A stretch of DNA of 62,947 nucleotides, the filler included, from Guillardia theta CCMP2712 (Eukaryota; Protista; Cryptophyta): assembly GCF_000315625.1 (NCBI RefSeq). It is 6 parts of 6 records of this genome, joined end to end, with 100 filler letters (N's around TTAATTAATTAA, not from the genome) between each part and the next. Parts side by side here need not be neighbours in the genome. Positions count along the whole stretch, not along the records: positions 1 to 26,728 come from NW_005434578.1; positions 26,829 to 42,676 come from NW_005434575.1; 4 more parts are not named here. One strand, 5' to 3'. How positions within the stretch are numbered: position 1 is the stretch's first letter; every line of letters starts with the position of its first letter. A program made the translations under genes and the position numbers. Under the pieces are notes generated by a model. The model did not search any database, was not told the origin of the DNA, and saw nothing but the letters and a program-made list of their open reading frames with translations. Positions 13,339 to 26,861 of this stretch are shown in pieces.

Positions 13339-13602
13339 GTGAGGAGAAGAGCAGGACGAGGACGAGGACGAGGACGAGGAGGAAGCGGAAGGATAGTGAT
13401 GAAACGGAAGGAGGGCAGGAAAGGGTTAGCAAAGCAAGGAANNNNNNNNNNNNNNNNNNNNNNNNNNNNNNNNNNNNNNNNNNNNNNNNNNNNNNNNNNN
13501 NNNNNNNNNNNNNNNNNNNNNNNNNNNNNNNNNNNNNNNNNGAGGACGAGGACGAGGACGAGGACAAGGAGCCGCAGCTAAACGATTTAGTCTAGGGTTT
13601 AC

Positions 13603-15577
<1,975 letters not shown>

Positions 15578-15956
15578 GCTGAAAGAAGAGTCAAGGAGAG
15601 GAGAGGCAGGCGGATCAGAGACTGTCGAGGGCATCTTAAGTAGCAGTAGCAGCAGCAGCACCACCAGCACCAGCAGTACCAGCACCAGCAGCACCAGCAG
15701 CACCAGCAGCACCAGCAGCACCAGCAGCACCAGCAGCACCAGCAGCAGCACCATCAGCAGCACCAGCAGCAGGCAGCAAGGAGGAGCGAGCGGAGTGGAA
15801 GAAGAGGAGAGGGGAGCAAGGGGGAGGAGATAGCGAGCTGGGGGTAGCGGGAAGAGGAGGTGGCAGGGATGATGCTGTGCGGGGTGGAAGGGGTGGGGGA
15901 GGAAGCGCGGCAGAGTGAATTGACAGGCAGCCGTTGAAACTTTGACAAGCTGCGTT

Positions 15957-17273
15957 ATGGTAGTAGTAGGGAAGGAGGAGGGCGGGGGGAAGGGAGAGGA
16001 GCAAGGAGGGAAGGGAAGGGGGTCGGAGGCAGGAAGCAGCGGGAAGGGAGGGGAGGAGGAGCGGAGGGATAGGAGGCTACGGCAAGAGTGCCAGGTAGTC
16101 ATCGCCCGCCATGCTCTACCCTTCGTCTCGCGCAAGCATGCATGGCAGGACGTCGGATGGATCGGCAGAGCTGCGGGGGAGATGGAGGCGAAGCTGCAGA
16201 AACGACTGGCAGCAGCGTCGCAGACCGGGAAGGAGGACGCGACGAGAGACGTGGAGCAGAAAACAGCAGAGGAGCTGAGGGTAAGGACAGAGGAGAAGCG
16301 AGCGCTGACCGACGAGCTGCGAGAGCTGCGGAGAAGGCATGCGGAGGTCCTGGAGGAGCTGAGGAGTAGCAAGGAGGAGGCGCAAGGGCTCAAGGACAAG
16401 CTCAAGAGATGTAAGGACAGGTCCACCAAGACAGACTCCGACGTCGCTGCCCTCAAGTTCGCCATGCAGGAGGCCGCGATCGAGCTCAAGCGATTACAGG
16501 CGAGGCTGGTCAGCGAGGAGGAACATGCGCAAGAACTGCATGCTCGCTTGACGGAGACGGAGAGGGAGAGGATAGAGGCGAAGGAGGATGCGGCGAAGTT
16601 GTCGGAGGCCCTAGAGGAGCTGAGGCAGGAACACGATGGGCTAAAGAGAAGACTGCGCGCGAGCGAGGAGGAGAGGACATACCTGCAGCAGGCGAACCAG
16701 AACAACGCCAATGCTGCTGAGGCAGCACACAGGAGAAGGATGAAGAGCATGGAGGAGAGGCACGAGGAGGAGAGGCAGGAGCTGGGAAGGGCATTGAGGA
16801 TGAGTCAGAAGCAGCTCGACTGGGCCCAGCAGGAGCTGCTGACGCTCGAGGCGACGAGGAACGAGCTGGAGGGATGCAGGCAGCGGCTGCAGGAGACCTC
16901 GAGCGACCGAGAGGCCATGGCGCGAGCAGCAGAGAAACTCAGCTCGCTCAAGGTTCGTCTTGGGGGAGGATACGAGAGCGTCTCCTCTCACTTCTGGAGA
17001 ACCTTCAGACGACTGCGGGCGGCCATGAACAAAGGAGAGGAGGAGAGTGTCGAGAGAAGCGTACGGAGAACGAGTATGAGCCAAAACCTTTCCCTGACCT
17101 CAATCAAGTCCTTCTCCACTGCGCTGGCGAACGGGAGAGCGGAGGAGGAGGAGGAGGAGGAGGAGAGGGTAGCGAGGGAGGAATGGGAGTGGGAGGAGGA
17201 GAGCAAGTACAATCCTCGATCAGCGTCTCATCGTTTGCAACTAGGCACGCAGGTTCTCAGTCTTCATATCTAG
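15957..17273 (+). CDS. Uncharacterised coiled-coil protein, largely one exon
   Basis: 443-codon ORF of E/R/K/L heptads (EELRVRTEEKRALTDELRELRRRHAEVLEEL...); 5' structure uncertain. Confidence 0.7.
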   Translation: MVVVGKEEGGGKGEEQGGKGRGSEAGSSGKGGEEERRDRRLRQECQVVIARHALPFVSRKHAWQDVGWIGRAAGEMEAKLQKRLAAASQTGKEDATRDVEQKTAEELRVRTEEKRALTDELRELRRRHAEVLEELRSSKEEAQGLKDKLKRCKDRSTKTDSDVAALKFAMQEAAIELKRLQARLVSEEEHAQELHARLTETERERIEAKEDAAKLSEALEELRQEHDGLKRRLRASEEERTYLQQANQNNANAAEAAHRRRMKSMEERHEEERQELGRALRMSQKQLDWAQQELLTLEATRNELEGCRQRLQETSSDREAMARAAEKLSSLKVRLGGGYESVSSHFWRTFRRLRAAMNKGEEESVERSVRRTSMSQNLSLTSIKSFSTALANGRAEEEEEEEERVAREEWEWEEESKYNPRSASHRLQLGTQVLSLHI

Positions 17274-17523
17274 AATGAATTCAATCTCTCCCAACACATT
17301 CCTTCCATCCCCTTTGCACAGCACTATCTTTCCAGCCCTCTGCTCCTCACCTTCACCCCTTCTACTTTTCTCTCGCCTCCCCTTCTTCTCCACTCTTCCT
17401 CTTCTCCACTGACCCCAGCCACACCTGCTCCAGTTCTCTCGCCTCCCTTCATATCCTCTCCGACCATCACTTGCCTCCTGTCACTACCTCTCCTCTCCCG
17501 CTGCCTCACTTGCTACTTAGTTG

Positions 17524-19626
17524 TCACTTGACGGGCCGGACATGAACAGCATGTCCGTGTCGTTCCTCAACCACCTTCTCCTCCTTCCGCATCAGAATCT
17601 CTCCATGCACCCGCGCGTGCGAGGCGTACGCTCCCTCGCTCCCTCCGCTAGTCCCGTTGGGCCTGCCTGCTGGTCGTGCAGGAGCAGCGAGCAAACGAGA
17701 GGCTGCGCGGGCAGGATCAACCCGCTCGAGCGCAGCTCCAAGTTTGTCGTAGACCACCTGGCAGTTGATCTGCAAGGCGGAGGAGGAAGGTGAGAGGAGG
17801 AGAGGAGGCCAACGCTCAGTCGGGCGAGACCTCGTCCTTGATGCTCGGGTTCTCCTGTACCTTCTTGGTCTGCTCCTCCTGGATCGAGAGGATCATTTTC
17901 CTGGCTGCCATGTCGTTGCCTGTCGTTCAGCATCACCGCGCCATTCGTCTCAGCATAGCGCAAGATAACGAGAAGTGAGCGGCCGGTTCTCACCATCCAG
18001 TACCACCACTCCTTCCTCTCTGTTGTCCTCGATGATCTGAGCGCGCACTGACGCCTCCAGCTGAAGCTTGAATCTCTCCCGGAACATTGGTTGTCGCCAC
18101 CTGGCGATGAGAAGCCGGAGGTGCTGCATGGCGACCATGACGACAAGCGACTCTATCTCGTCCCGCTGCTCCAAGTTTTCCTTCTCGAGCTGCTGCTTCT
18201 CCTGCTGCGACATCTTGAGCTCTTCGATCGACGCCTCTCCCACCATGTCGAGGTCCGGGTGGCTAACGAGGAGGGACCGCCACACGCCTCGCAGCTGCTT
18301 GATCTCCTCCTTCTGACTCTCAATCTTGTCCTTGCGCTTCTCCAGTTGTCTAAGACCAAGTCAGCACTGCGAGGTGAGGAGCAGCTTGTACAAGCTCACT
18401 GATTCAGCTTCGCGATGCGCGCAGAAAGCTTCTTCTGCAAACCTTCTAGAGCCTCGGCCGTCCGCAAGCTCAGATCCTTCACCGTCTCATGTGCAAGCCT
18501 CTGAGTCTGCGAGAGCTCTGCCGCCGTGTCGGCGTGCTGGACGGTGAGGATGTCTTTCTCTTCTCTCAGCGAGAACAACATGCTCGTTAGCTCGTCGCAC
18601 TTTCTTCTCGACGCCGCAAGATCCTTGCCAAGCTGCTGCTTCTCCTCCTGGAGGGCTGACAGCTCCTGCTCAAACTTCTTCTTCACAGCTTCAAGCTCCT
18701 TCTCTACCCCTGCGAGTTTCTTCTCGAGGTTCAAGGAGGCGGATTCTCTTTCAACCTGCAGAGATGTTAACTCGTCCGAGCAGACTGAAGGAGAGACTTA
18801 CAAGCACGCGCTTCATCGTCAGTGTCTCCTCCTCGAGGCTCTTCTTGGACTGCTCGAGCTTCTTGCGCTCCTTCTCAAAGGCCTGCAGTTTGACTTCGAA
18901 GTCAACGTCCTGTTTCAGCCTGTTGTGATCAAGAAGCTCGTCTGCAAGCTGATCAGTAACTTGTCTCAGCTCCATGTGCTCTTTCTCTAGTTTCGTGAGC
19001 TCTTCGGACTTGGTGGAGAACTCCTCGTCTCTACGGTTTAGCTGCGATGAAAGTTTCTCGACCTTGTCCTTCAACGAGTGGCATTCGTTTTCCAGGCTCG
19101 AGTTCTTCAGTTTAAACGTATCGCATTCAGCTTCTAAGGAGATGATCTTTGTTCTGAGCGAGCGAATGTTGGTGTTGTCTTCCAACGATCCGTTGTTAAA
19201 GTTTGCAGTGTGGACATCCAAGCTAGCTTTAAGTTTCTCATACCGGTCGTCTTTCTCAGCCAGGAGTTTCTTCAGGTGAATTATCTCTTGGCAGGTCAGC
19301 TTGAGCTGAGTGTGCATCAGGTCCAGCTCTCGCTTGATCTTGTCGTTTCCCTTCTGCGCCTTCTTGAGGTCCTGATCGTTCTCGTCTCCGAACTTTCGCT
19401 GCTCGAGCAGACGTTGAAGGGAGTCATTCTCTCGCTCAAGCCTCGACTTGTCTTTCTTCAGCTTCTCCATGTCCTTCTCGTTCTCTTGGTTGATTTCCTC
19501 CAACAGCTTCAGCTTTCTCTGCAGCCGCTCAAGCTCCTTCCCCGCATCGAATGAATCCTTTCCCGCCCCCGTGCCCCCACGTTGATCCCCCTCAGCTCCA
19601 TAGAGACCGAGCGATCGCGTGCTCAT
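17524..19626 (-). CDS. Uncharacterised long coiled-coil protein
   Basis: ORFs 18751-19677, 18396-18734 and 17950-18285 join through GT-AG introns (18801-18756, and one starting at 18399); heptad-rich; probable ATG at 19626; 3' end approximate. Confidence 0.75.
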
Positions 19627-20399
19627 TCCCTGCTTCTTGCAATACACTGTCTGGTGGATTCTCTCAACGATCTCCAAGTGCGACTCTCATTTTCATCGCC
19701 GACCGAGCTCGAGCAGACCTGGAGAAACAGAGATCACGGAAAGGAACGAGTTGAGGAAGGAACTTTAACCTCCCAATCCCTCTTACTGTTGATCACATAC
19801 AATCCTTTCATTTATCTACCTACTAACTTACATCCCTCCCTCCCCGCTTCCCTCCCTCTTTCGCTTCCCCATCATTTCACATGGAGAAAGTCGTTCAGAG
19901 TTCTTCAGCCAAACTGTGAATATCATCCTTCTATGCTTGTCCTTAGTTCGCTCCTTCATCTTGATGCTTCCCTCCTCATCAGGCTTCTCTCATCCTCATC
20001 AGCCTTCTCCTCTGCATCTTCTTTCAACCTTCTCCTCCTCTTCCCTCCTGCCCTCCATTTCTGAATGCCTTGTGATCATTTCATGGCCCTCCGACAACGC
20101 AAGGGGTGGGGGTACGAGGAGTTGTGTGGAGGGGTACTGTTGATGCAGGGGGGTTCTGATGGGGGTTCGAAGTTGGTGAAGGTAGAAGGAATAGGTATTT
20201 TACTTGGTTTGTCAATTACAATTTCTCTCTACTTGACCATACATGAATTTGGAATCCAAGTGAAAGGGTTACCGACCACCTCTCAGTTGCTGTAGGACTG
20301 GAGGGGTGTGGAATGTCGGGTCAGCGAGTTTCAAATGATCTAACTACCCTACCCTCTTACGAAGTCTAAAGGGGGTAGAAGACCACGGGTAGTCGGTGT

Positions 20400-21320
20400 T
20401 GACTCGGAACTTTTGGGCCGGGCCCGCCGCAGCCCAGCCGCCGCAAGCCGCAGCACTCTGCCAGTCAGCACTGCACTGCGGCATCACTGACGGACTTCGA
20501 CGGACAGAGTCAGGCTCACCCACCGGGCCGCCGCCGCACAGATCGGACTCCCCCGGCCCGCCGGCCCGCCGGGAACTTCAAGCGGCGGCAGCAAGTTTCG
20601 GAAGTTTCTCCGACTCCGACGCTGGCCGGCCGCGGCGGCCCGGCGGGCAGTGGGCCCGGCGGCGGGTGGGCATCCGCAGCCCGGCTGAGTCGCGGCTGCC
20701 GCCCGGCCGGGCCCGGGGTGACTGACTCTGATCGGACCGGCCCGGCCGCCCGGCCCCGGCCTGTGATCGGACCGGCCCCCGGGCCGGACGGTACCGGCCG
20801 CCCGGCGCCACAGACAGCCCGGCCTCCGACACGGTGTAGGCTAGGTAGTATTGAGAGTCTCACAGATTGCATCATGAAGTCCCGGGCACCGTCGTGATCC
20901 CGGCGGGCCGCGCGGCGGCGGCCCGGCCGGACGACTCGGAGCAGTCACCCCGTGGCGGCGGTCCAGCCGGGCACATCATCATCGGGCCCCGCGATTCCGA
21001 GGCTCACTGGGGGCCGGGCCCGGCGGGCCCGCACGGTACTACGGTATTGGAGTCACCAACTTGATCCAGGCACCGTCCGATCACCGTGCGTCACCGGATG
21101 ATCGACTCGGCGGTGACGGACTCAGATGATGGCCCGGATCGGACTCACCGTACGGGGGCCCGCACCGTAGCAGTACGTTACCACGCCGGGGTAGTACCGT
21201 CACGGTAGCCTGACCCGGCGGCAGGTGGCCGCCCGGCGGCCCGGCCCGGGGCCCAGGCCCGGGCCCGGCTGGCAGGTCGGGGCCGCCCGGCCGCGCCGGC
21301 CACGCCGTTGGGACTCAGTT
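20400..21320. repeat. Very GC-rich CCGG/GACTC island (dispersed low-complexity element) between divergent genes
   Basis: Abrupt GC increase; dense ccgg/cccggg/gccggc and gactc/gagtc words; similar islands at 34480-34850, 45560-45860 and 62800-62947. Confidence 0.6.
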
Positions 21321-21915
21321 CAACTAGATGACGTGGTCGCGAATTGGAGTCTTTTCGTGTCTTCTCCTCTTTCTTCATGTCCCGGCGTACCCCTATGCTG
21401 ACCTATCCCTATTCAATATTCCTAAGGCCTTCCTAGGACTTCAATGACCAGCGCTAGCACAGCCTACGGAGGCCATTCCCTAGGATGTCCTATCATGGTA
21501 CGTACCCAAATTTGCTGGTACAAATGACGACCATCAGAGGATAGGTAGGGGTACGGAAAGTACGGGTCCTCTATCTTCAGTCGTACTTGCACCGGTCGCT
21601 TCCTTTTTGATTTTGTAAAAGTGGGGTACTTTTTAGAGTTTCAAAGTGGGTGAAGGGAGGGTACACCATTTGAAGGGTGGGGTTGCTTATTCAGTAAGGG
21701 AAGGGGTGGGGTACAGAAGACCCCTCCCCACTACTGCGACCAAACTAATCAGAAGCAACGAGGAGACGAGGGCATAGAGCATTGCAGAGGAGAACACAAG
21801 CGAAGCGAGCAAGCAACAAAATCTTGATAGCTCCTGAAACAGCTCTGAAGAAATTCAAGTAGATACCGAACAACAAAGGCCATTTCTCAAGTTAAAAGTA
21901 ACAAGTTAAAGCAAC

Positions 21916-23888
21916 ATGGAAGTGATACGATATGACCAAGGCTCGTTGATGACCGCGGCTCAGTCCTATGATGATCCGATAAGTTTCATTCCTGGAGGAA
22001 AGAAGAGTTTGGGTATAACAGGCACCTCCATCACCGCGCGTCTGAGGCTGCAGCAGGAAAAAGGTTCGCCCCAAACTCACCATTTCCTCCTGTTCTCCTT
22101 CCCTTCCTGTCCTCATCGCCACATCTTTTCCCCTCCCTCTTCCTGTGGGTTCGGCTGACGCCTTACAGAGCGGCGAGCGAATCGAGTTCCTACTGGCAAT
22201 TACTCAGGGGACCTGAAGAACGGGATCAGATCGGGACGAGGGAGTTACGAATGGCGATCGGGGCAGAAGTACGAAGGGCAGTGGAGAGACGATGAGAGGC
22301 ACGGGACCGGCACGGAGACCTGGCCGGATGGAAGGAAGTACTTCGGAGAGTGGAAGGAAGACTCGTTCCATGGGGAGGGGACATACACGTGGGCGGACGG
22401 GTGGATTTTTAGGGGAACTTTTGACAACTACTGCCCTGTGAAAGGCGAGCTGGTCAGCCCCGACATGATTGAGGTCTGGGCTGCTGGACTTGTGCTGGAG
22501 GGACTGAAAGGGTTTCACTTAGGTCTACAAGGTCGTCTATGATGGTTTGACTCCCATCTTCGACGGCTCTCGCCCCATCCCTCTCTCCAAGCACATGGAA
22601 GATGATCACACGGTGAATGCTCCTCCTCCCCTCCTCCCCCTGGGCTTGCTCCTGCTTTCCTCTCCCTGGGCTTGCTCCTCCCCTCCTCTCCTAGGCATGC
22701 TCCTCCCCTCCTCCCCCTTGGTTTGCTCCCCCCCTCCTCTCCCTGGGCTTGCTCCTGCTTTCCTCTCCCTGGGCTTGCTCCTGCTTTCCTCTCCCTGGGC
22801 TTGCTCCTGCTTTCCTCCCCCTAGGCTTGCTCCTCCCCTCCTCCCCCTTGGTTTGCTCCTCCCCTCCTCTCCCTAGGCTTGCTCCTCCCCTCCTCTCCCT
22901 GGGCTTGCTCCCCCCCTCCTCTCCCTGGGCTTGCTCCTGCTTTCCTCTCCCGGGGCTTGCTCCTGCCCTCTGCTTCTCCCCATCTTGCAGCACATCACTC
23001 ATCAGTCTTTTGCTGCAGCGGGTGATGACGATGGAGGACATCGAGGAAATGCTTGTGCGTAGCAAGGCGCTGGAGCTTCTTCTCCGCGAACGAGTGTTGA
23101 GAAAGCAGGTGGCGGAGGAAACCAGCGCGTCCGGTGAGAGATCGGGAGGAGAGGAGCAGGGCTGTGACGCTGCTGCTAGACCAACTCTTTGTCGACGAGA
23201 TCAAGTTCGACGAGCCTCGAGCGTCTATGGATGCGCGTTACTCGCTGGAGGTGCAGGAGAATCTGTCTTTGTCTGCTGCCCTCACTCTGCTGCAGGTCGG
23301 GAGGAGATCGCAGGAAAGTTCAGTGATCGGAAAGAAGGCCCTCGCACTTCGCAGTGAAGTCAGTGGGGCGCCATCGGACCTGAGCTCGAGGTCGCGGGAA
23401 ACGGAGAGAGGACGAGGATCGATGGACCAGGGAGGCAGACGATCCCTCGAGGTGGTGAGGCCGCGAAACTCGATCGAGATGGAGGGAGGAAGGTGAGAGC
23501 GTCGAGCTGCGTCTCTTCCTCCTCACTCTGCTGCAGGCGATCCTTGGAGGTCGTGAGAGGCTTTCGCGGCTCGATGGAAAGAAAGTCCCTGGAGATGACT
23601 CGATCCGGGTAGAGGAGGCGTTGAGGGGGAGGAGGAAGGGTCACTGACGCAAAACAGGAGGGCGTCGAGTGAGATGGATGCGGACGATGCATATTTTGAC
23701 AAGATGATGAAAAAGTCCATCGAAGTTGCTCGCTGCTCGCTCGAGGTCATGCGGCCTTCCTTCGACATTGACGTCTGCTGCTCCTCTTCCCCTCTCCTCT
23801 CCTAACCTCCATGCAGGTCGTCAGCGGCAGACCCGGGAAGAAGAGCGGGGTGGAGTTCTCCCGCCGAGCCGTCCCGAGTCAGGCGTGA
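21916..23888 (+). CDS. MORN-repeat protein
   Basis: Exon ~22169-22473 (absent from the ORF track) reads YSGDLKNGIRSGRGSYEWRSGQKYEGQWRDDERHGTGTETWPDGRKYFGEWKEDSFHGEGTYTWADGWIFRGTF, i.e. 3-4 MORN repeats (YxGxWxxxxxHGxG). Later exons end ...RAVPSQA* at 23888. Confidence 0.88.
22620..22970. repeat. ~26-bp pyrimidine-rich minisatellite (gggcttgctcctgctttcctctccct variants) in a MORN intron
   Basis: About a dozen degenerate copies anchored on GGCTTGCTCC. Confidence 0.85.
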
Positions 23889-24122
23889 TCACGTTGAGGC
23901 ATCAAGCTTGTTTCTTCCTCCTCCCCAAGGAGCTGGAGATTGCGATCCCTATGTGGACCAGGATGAGTTTAGTGTAGAAAGGAGAGGCAAGAAGAGGAGG
24001 GGAGAGGTGGGGGGGGTTGGGCGAGATAGAGGGGGAGGAGGAGGAGGAGGATCAAAAACCAATACTCACATAGAAGCGGAAGGACGGGGATGATAAACAA
24101 GGAAAGAACCAGAACCCTCTGA

Positions 24123-26449
24123 TCAGTTGCCCACGTTTTGCGAGAAACTCTGGAAGTAAGTCAGATGAAATGGAAAAGCAAAAGAATTGAATAAACCGAA
24201 AGAACGATTGGAAGAAACGATTGACATCATCCAATATCTGCTCTGTTCTTACATCGCACTCACTCTATTAGTTTGTTCTCACCGGGCTCTCCTTTCCATT
24301 GTATCGCCACTTGACTTCTGTCTCGTCCTCCTCCTCCTCCAGTTGAGCCTCAAAGGACTCCATTCTCCTCTCTTCCTCTAGCAGGATCCTCCCTGCAAGC
24401 AGATGTCAGCTTGCTCGAGCATGAGCAGCGAACAGAGTGAAAGCAAGCAGGTTGAGAGGAGGAGGGAGGGTGAGAGGAGAAGGGAGGCAAGAGAGAAATA
24501 GAAGGAGGACGGTGCAAGGAGGAGGGAGGGAGAAGAACGGAGGGAGGGAGGGGAAGGTGGAACGAAGAGGAGGAGCAGTGGACCGATACTAGAGTGCTTC
24601 TCCTCGATTGCCATGGACGATGCCGTCCTGTTCCGTAGCGTCAAGGCCGAGAATCTCCTGCAACATTTCACCTGCCATACGTGTCCATCGGTCGAGGGTC
24701 AGCCTTGTGGTCAAGTCTGGCAAAAGACAAGATTTAAATCGAGACAAGATAGTTACTGAGTATCGTCGTTGCAATCATCATCTCCATCATCCATCATATC
24801 TCCATCTTCTTCTTTTCTATTTTTCATTATTATCCTCGTCCTCGTCCTCGTGTCTTGTTTTTAGCCTCGCCCCTCCCTCTCCTCACAAGATCTCGACGAC
24901 TGCAAGATGTCCGTACGCTGCCGCCATGTGCAGAGCTGTCAGGCCCCGAAAGTTCTTGGCGTTCACATCCGACCCAAACTGCAAGCATGTCAGTCAAGTC
25001 CGTCAGAAAAAGAAAGGGGGTTGGAGGGGGAGGACGAAGAGTAGGTTTAGGAAACGGCAATGGGGGAATGAAAGAGGGAGTAGTGAGCAGCAACGGGGAG
25101 GAGAAACAAGAGCAGGAGCAAAAGCAGGAAGAGGAGAAGAGACAGGAGGAGGAGGAGGAGGACGACCTTTAGCAAGATGATAGTGTCAGCTACACTTCCA
25201 GCAGACGCGGCATAGAGTATAGGAGTAGAGCCCTGGATGTCACGCACGTTTGGGTTGGCTCCATGGAGGAGAAGGAGGTTGACGACATTGCGCTGGTTGT
25301 TTCCAAAGGCACGCTCGACAATCTCACTGGTGTAGATGGCGTGATGCCTGGGAATGAAATTTGTTACGTGGAGAGGAGGGGGGAGAGAGAGAGGAAAGAA
25401 AGAGGAGGAGAAAGAAACTTACAGAGGCGTCTTGTTGTCTTTGTCCTGGATGTTCACCTCGGCTGACGCTGCCAGAAGAAGTTTGACGATCTTTTCTTGT
25501 CGCCTCGTCGCAGCAAGATGCAGCGCACTCGTCCCATGCTTGTCTTGCACGTTTACGTCGATGTTCTGCTTCGCGAGTCGTAGCAACAGTTCAACTATAA
25601 ACCAACAAGATCGACTAAGCCAACAAGATCGACTAAGCCAACAAGATCGACTAAGCCAACAAGATCGACTAAGCCAACAAGATCGACTAAGCCAACAAGA
25701 TCGACTAAACCAACAAGATCGACTAAGCCAACAAGATCGACTAAGCCAACAAGATCGACTAAGCCAACAAGATCGACTAAGCCAACAAGATCGACTAAGC
25801 CAACAAGATCGACTAAGCCAACAAGATCGACTAAACCAACAAGATCGACTAAGCCAACAAGATCGACTAAGCCAACAAGATCGACTAAACCAACAAGATC
25901 GACTAAGCCAACAAGATCGACTAAGCCAACAAGATCGACTAAGCCAACAAGATCGACTAAGCCAACAAGATCGACTAAGCCAACAAGATCGACTAAGCCA
26001 ACAAGATCGACTAAGCCAACAAGATCGACTAAGCCAACAAGATCGACTAAGCCAACAAGTCACGTCCCCATCTCCCCTCCTTCTCTTGCATCATCATGAG
26101 CACAGTCAAGGTTACCGCAAGCGAGGTTGTCACGGGAGACAGCGAGCAGCAGGGGGGTGTCGGTGGATCGAATGCGAGCGTTTACGTCCTTCCCTTGTGC
26201 GATCAGCTCCTCAAGCTTCTGATGACGTGGAGGCTTTCAGCTGAGAACGGGCATAGAAGAGAGGGGCGGCAAGCAAAACAGGGCAGAGGTAGAGGATATC
26301 CTTGCCTTGACGTCGTTCTTGAGGGCAGCAAGGTGAATCTCACTGCCTGCTGCCAAACTTTCGATGCTTCTGCTGTTTGTTGCCCGTGCTTCACTGCTTG
26401 TGCTAGGAAGGACCGAGAGGAGGAAGAAAAGAATGAGACCAAGCTTCAT
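24123..26449 (-). CDS. Ankyrin-repeat protein (~5-6 repeats) with N-terminal signal peptide; 3' end uncertain
   Basis: [21 protein letters not shown]...[11 protein letters not shown]|[23 protein letters not shown]|..[30 protein letters not shown]|[23 protein letters not shown]|[31 protein letters not shown]|LDHKAD... Confidence 0.9.
25602..26058. repeat. Near-perfect 18-bp minisatellite (CCAACAAGATCGACTAAG), about 25 copies, filling an ankyrin-gene intron
   Basis: Head-to-tail copies with no spacers; occasional G>A at the last base. Confidence 0.97.
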
Positions 26450-26556
26450 CCTCCCCCTCCTCCCTCTCAGTCGTCCACCCTGTAAACAGAAACCGCGCAC
26501 CTGGAAACAAAGGATATCAGGTGATGCCTGGCAGCAGAGAAGAGAAAACGATATCA

Positions 26557-26705
26557 GAGGAGAGGAGAGGAGAGGAGAGGAGAGAAAAGAGGAGAGGAGA
26601 GGAGAGGAGAGGAGAGGAGAGGAGAGGAGAGGAGAGGAGAGGAGAGGAGAGGAGAGGAGAGGAGAGGAGAGGAGAGGAGAGGAGAGGAGAGGAGAGGAGA
26701 GGAGG
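26557..26705. repeat. (GAGGA)n pentamer microsatellite
   Basis: Direct reading; the same motif occurs at 55920-56025 and 60980-61090. Confidence 0.93.
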
Positions 26706-26772
26706 AGGACGTGGAGAGGAGGGAGGAANNNNNNNNNNNNNNNNNNNNNNNNNNNNNNNNNNNNNNNNNNNN

Positions 26773-26784
26773 TTAATTAATTAA
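26773..26784. other. Artificial contig linker TTAATTAATTAA (stops in all six frames) in N44 flanks; also at 42721-42732, 51384-51395, 57595-57606 and 61165-61176
   Basis: Identical 12-mer centred in a 100-bp N spacer, five times. Confidence 0.95.
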
Positions 26785-26861
26785 NNNNNNNNNNNNNNNN
26801 NNNNNNNNNNNNNNNNNNNNNNNNNNNNTAGGAGGGAGGAAAGGAATGAGGAATTTCCAAC

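Noticed and set aside
20396-21378. Pro/Gly/Arg/Ala-rich ORFs, or rRNA/tRNA, in the GC island
   Set aside because: The ORFs reflect stop-codon scarcity in GC-rich DNA; no rRNA or cloverleaf signatures were recognised.
25602-26058. CRISPR-like array, or a QQDRLS/WLSRSC repeat protein (ORFs 25354-26244 and 25419-26063)
   Set aside because: No unique spacers and no cas genes; the array lies within a GT-AG intron whose removal restores ankyrin continuity (DNLAC|VELLL).
26773-26784. TTAATTAATTAA palindrome repeated five times as a biological motif
   Set aside because: It always sits in the centre of a 100-bp N spacer and is a six-frame-stop assembly linker.
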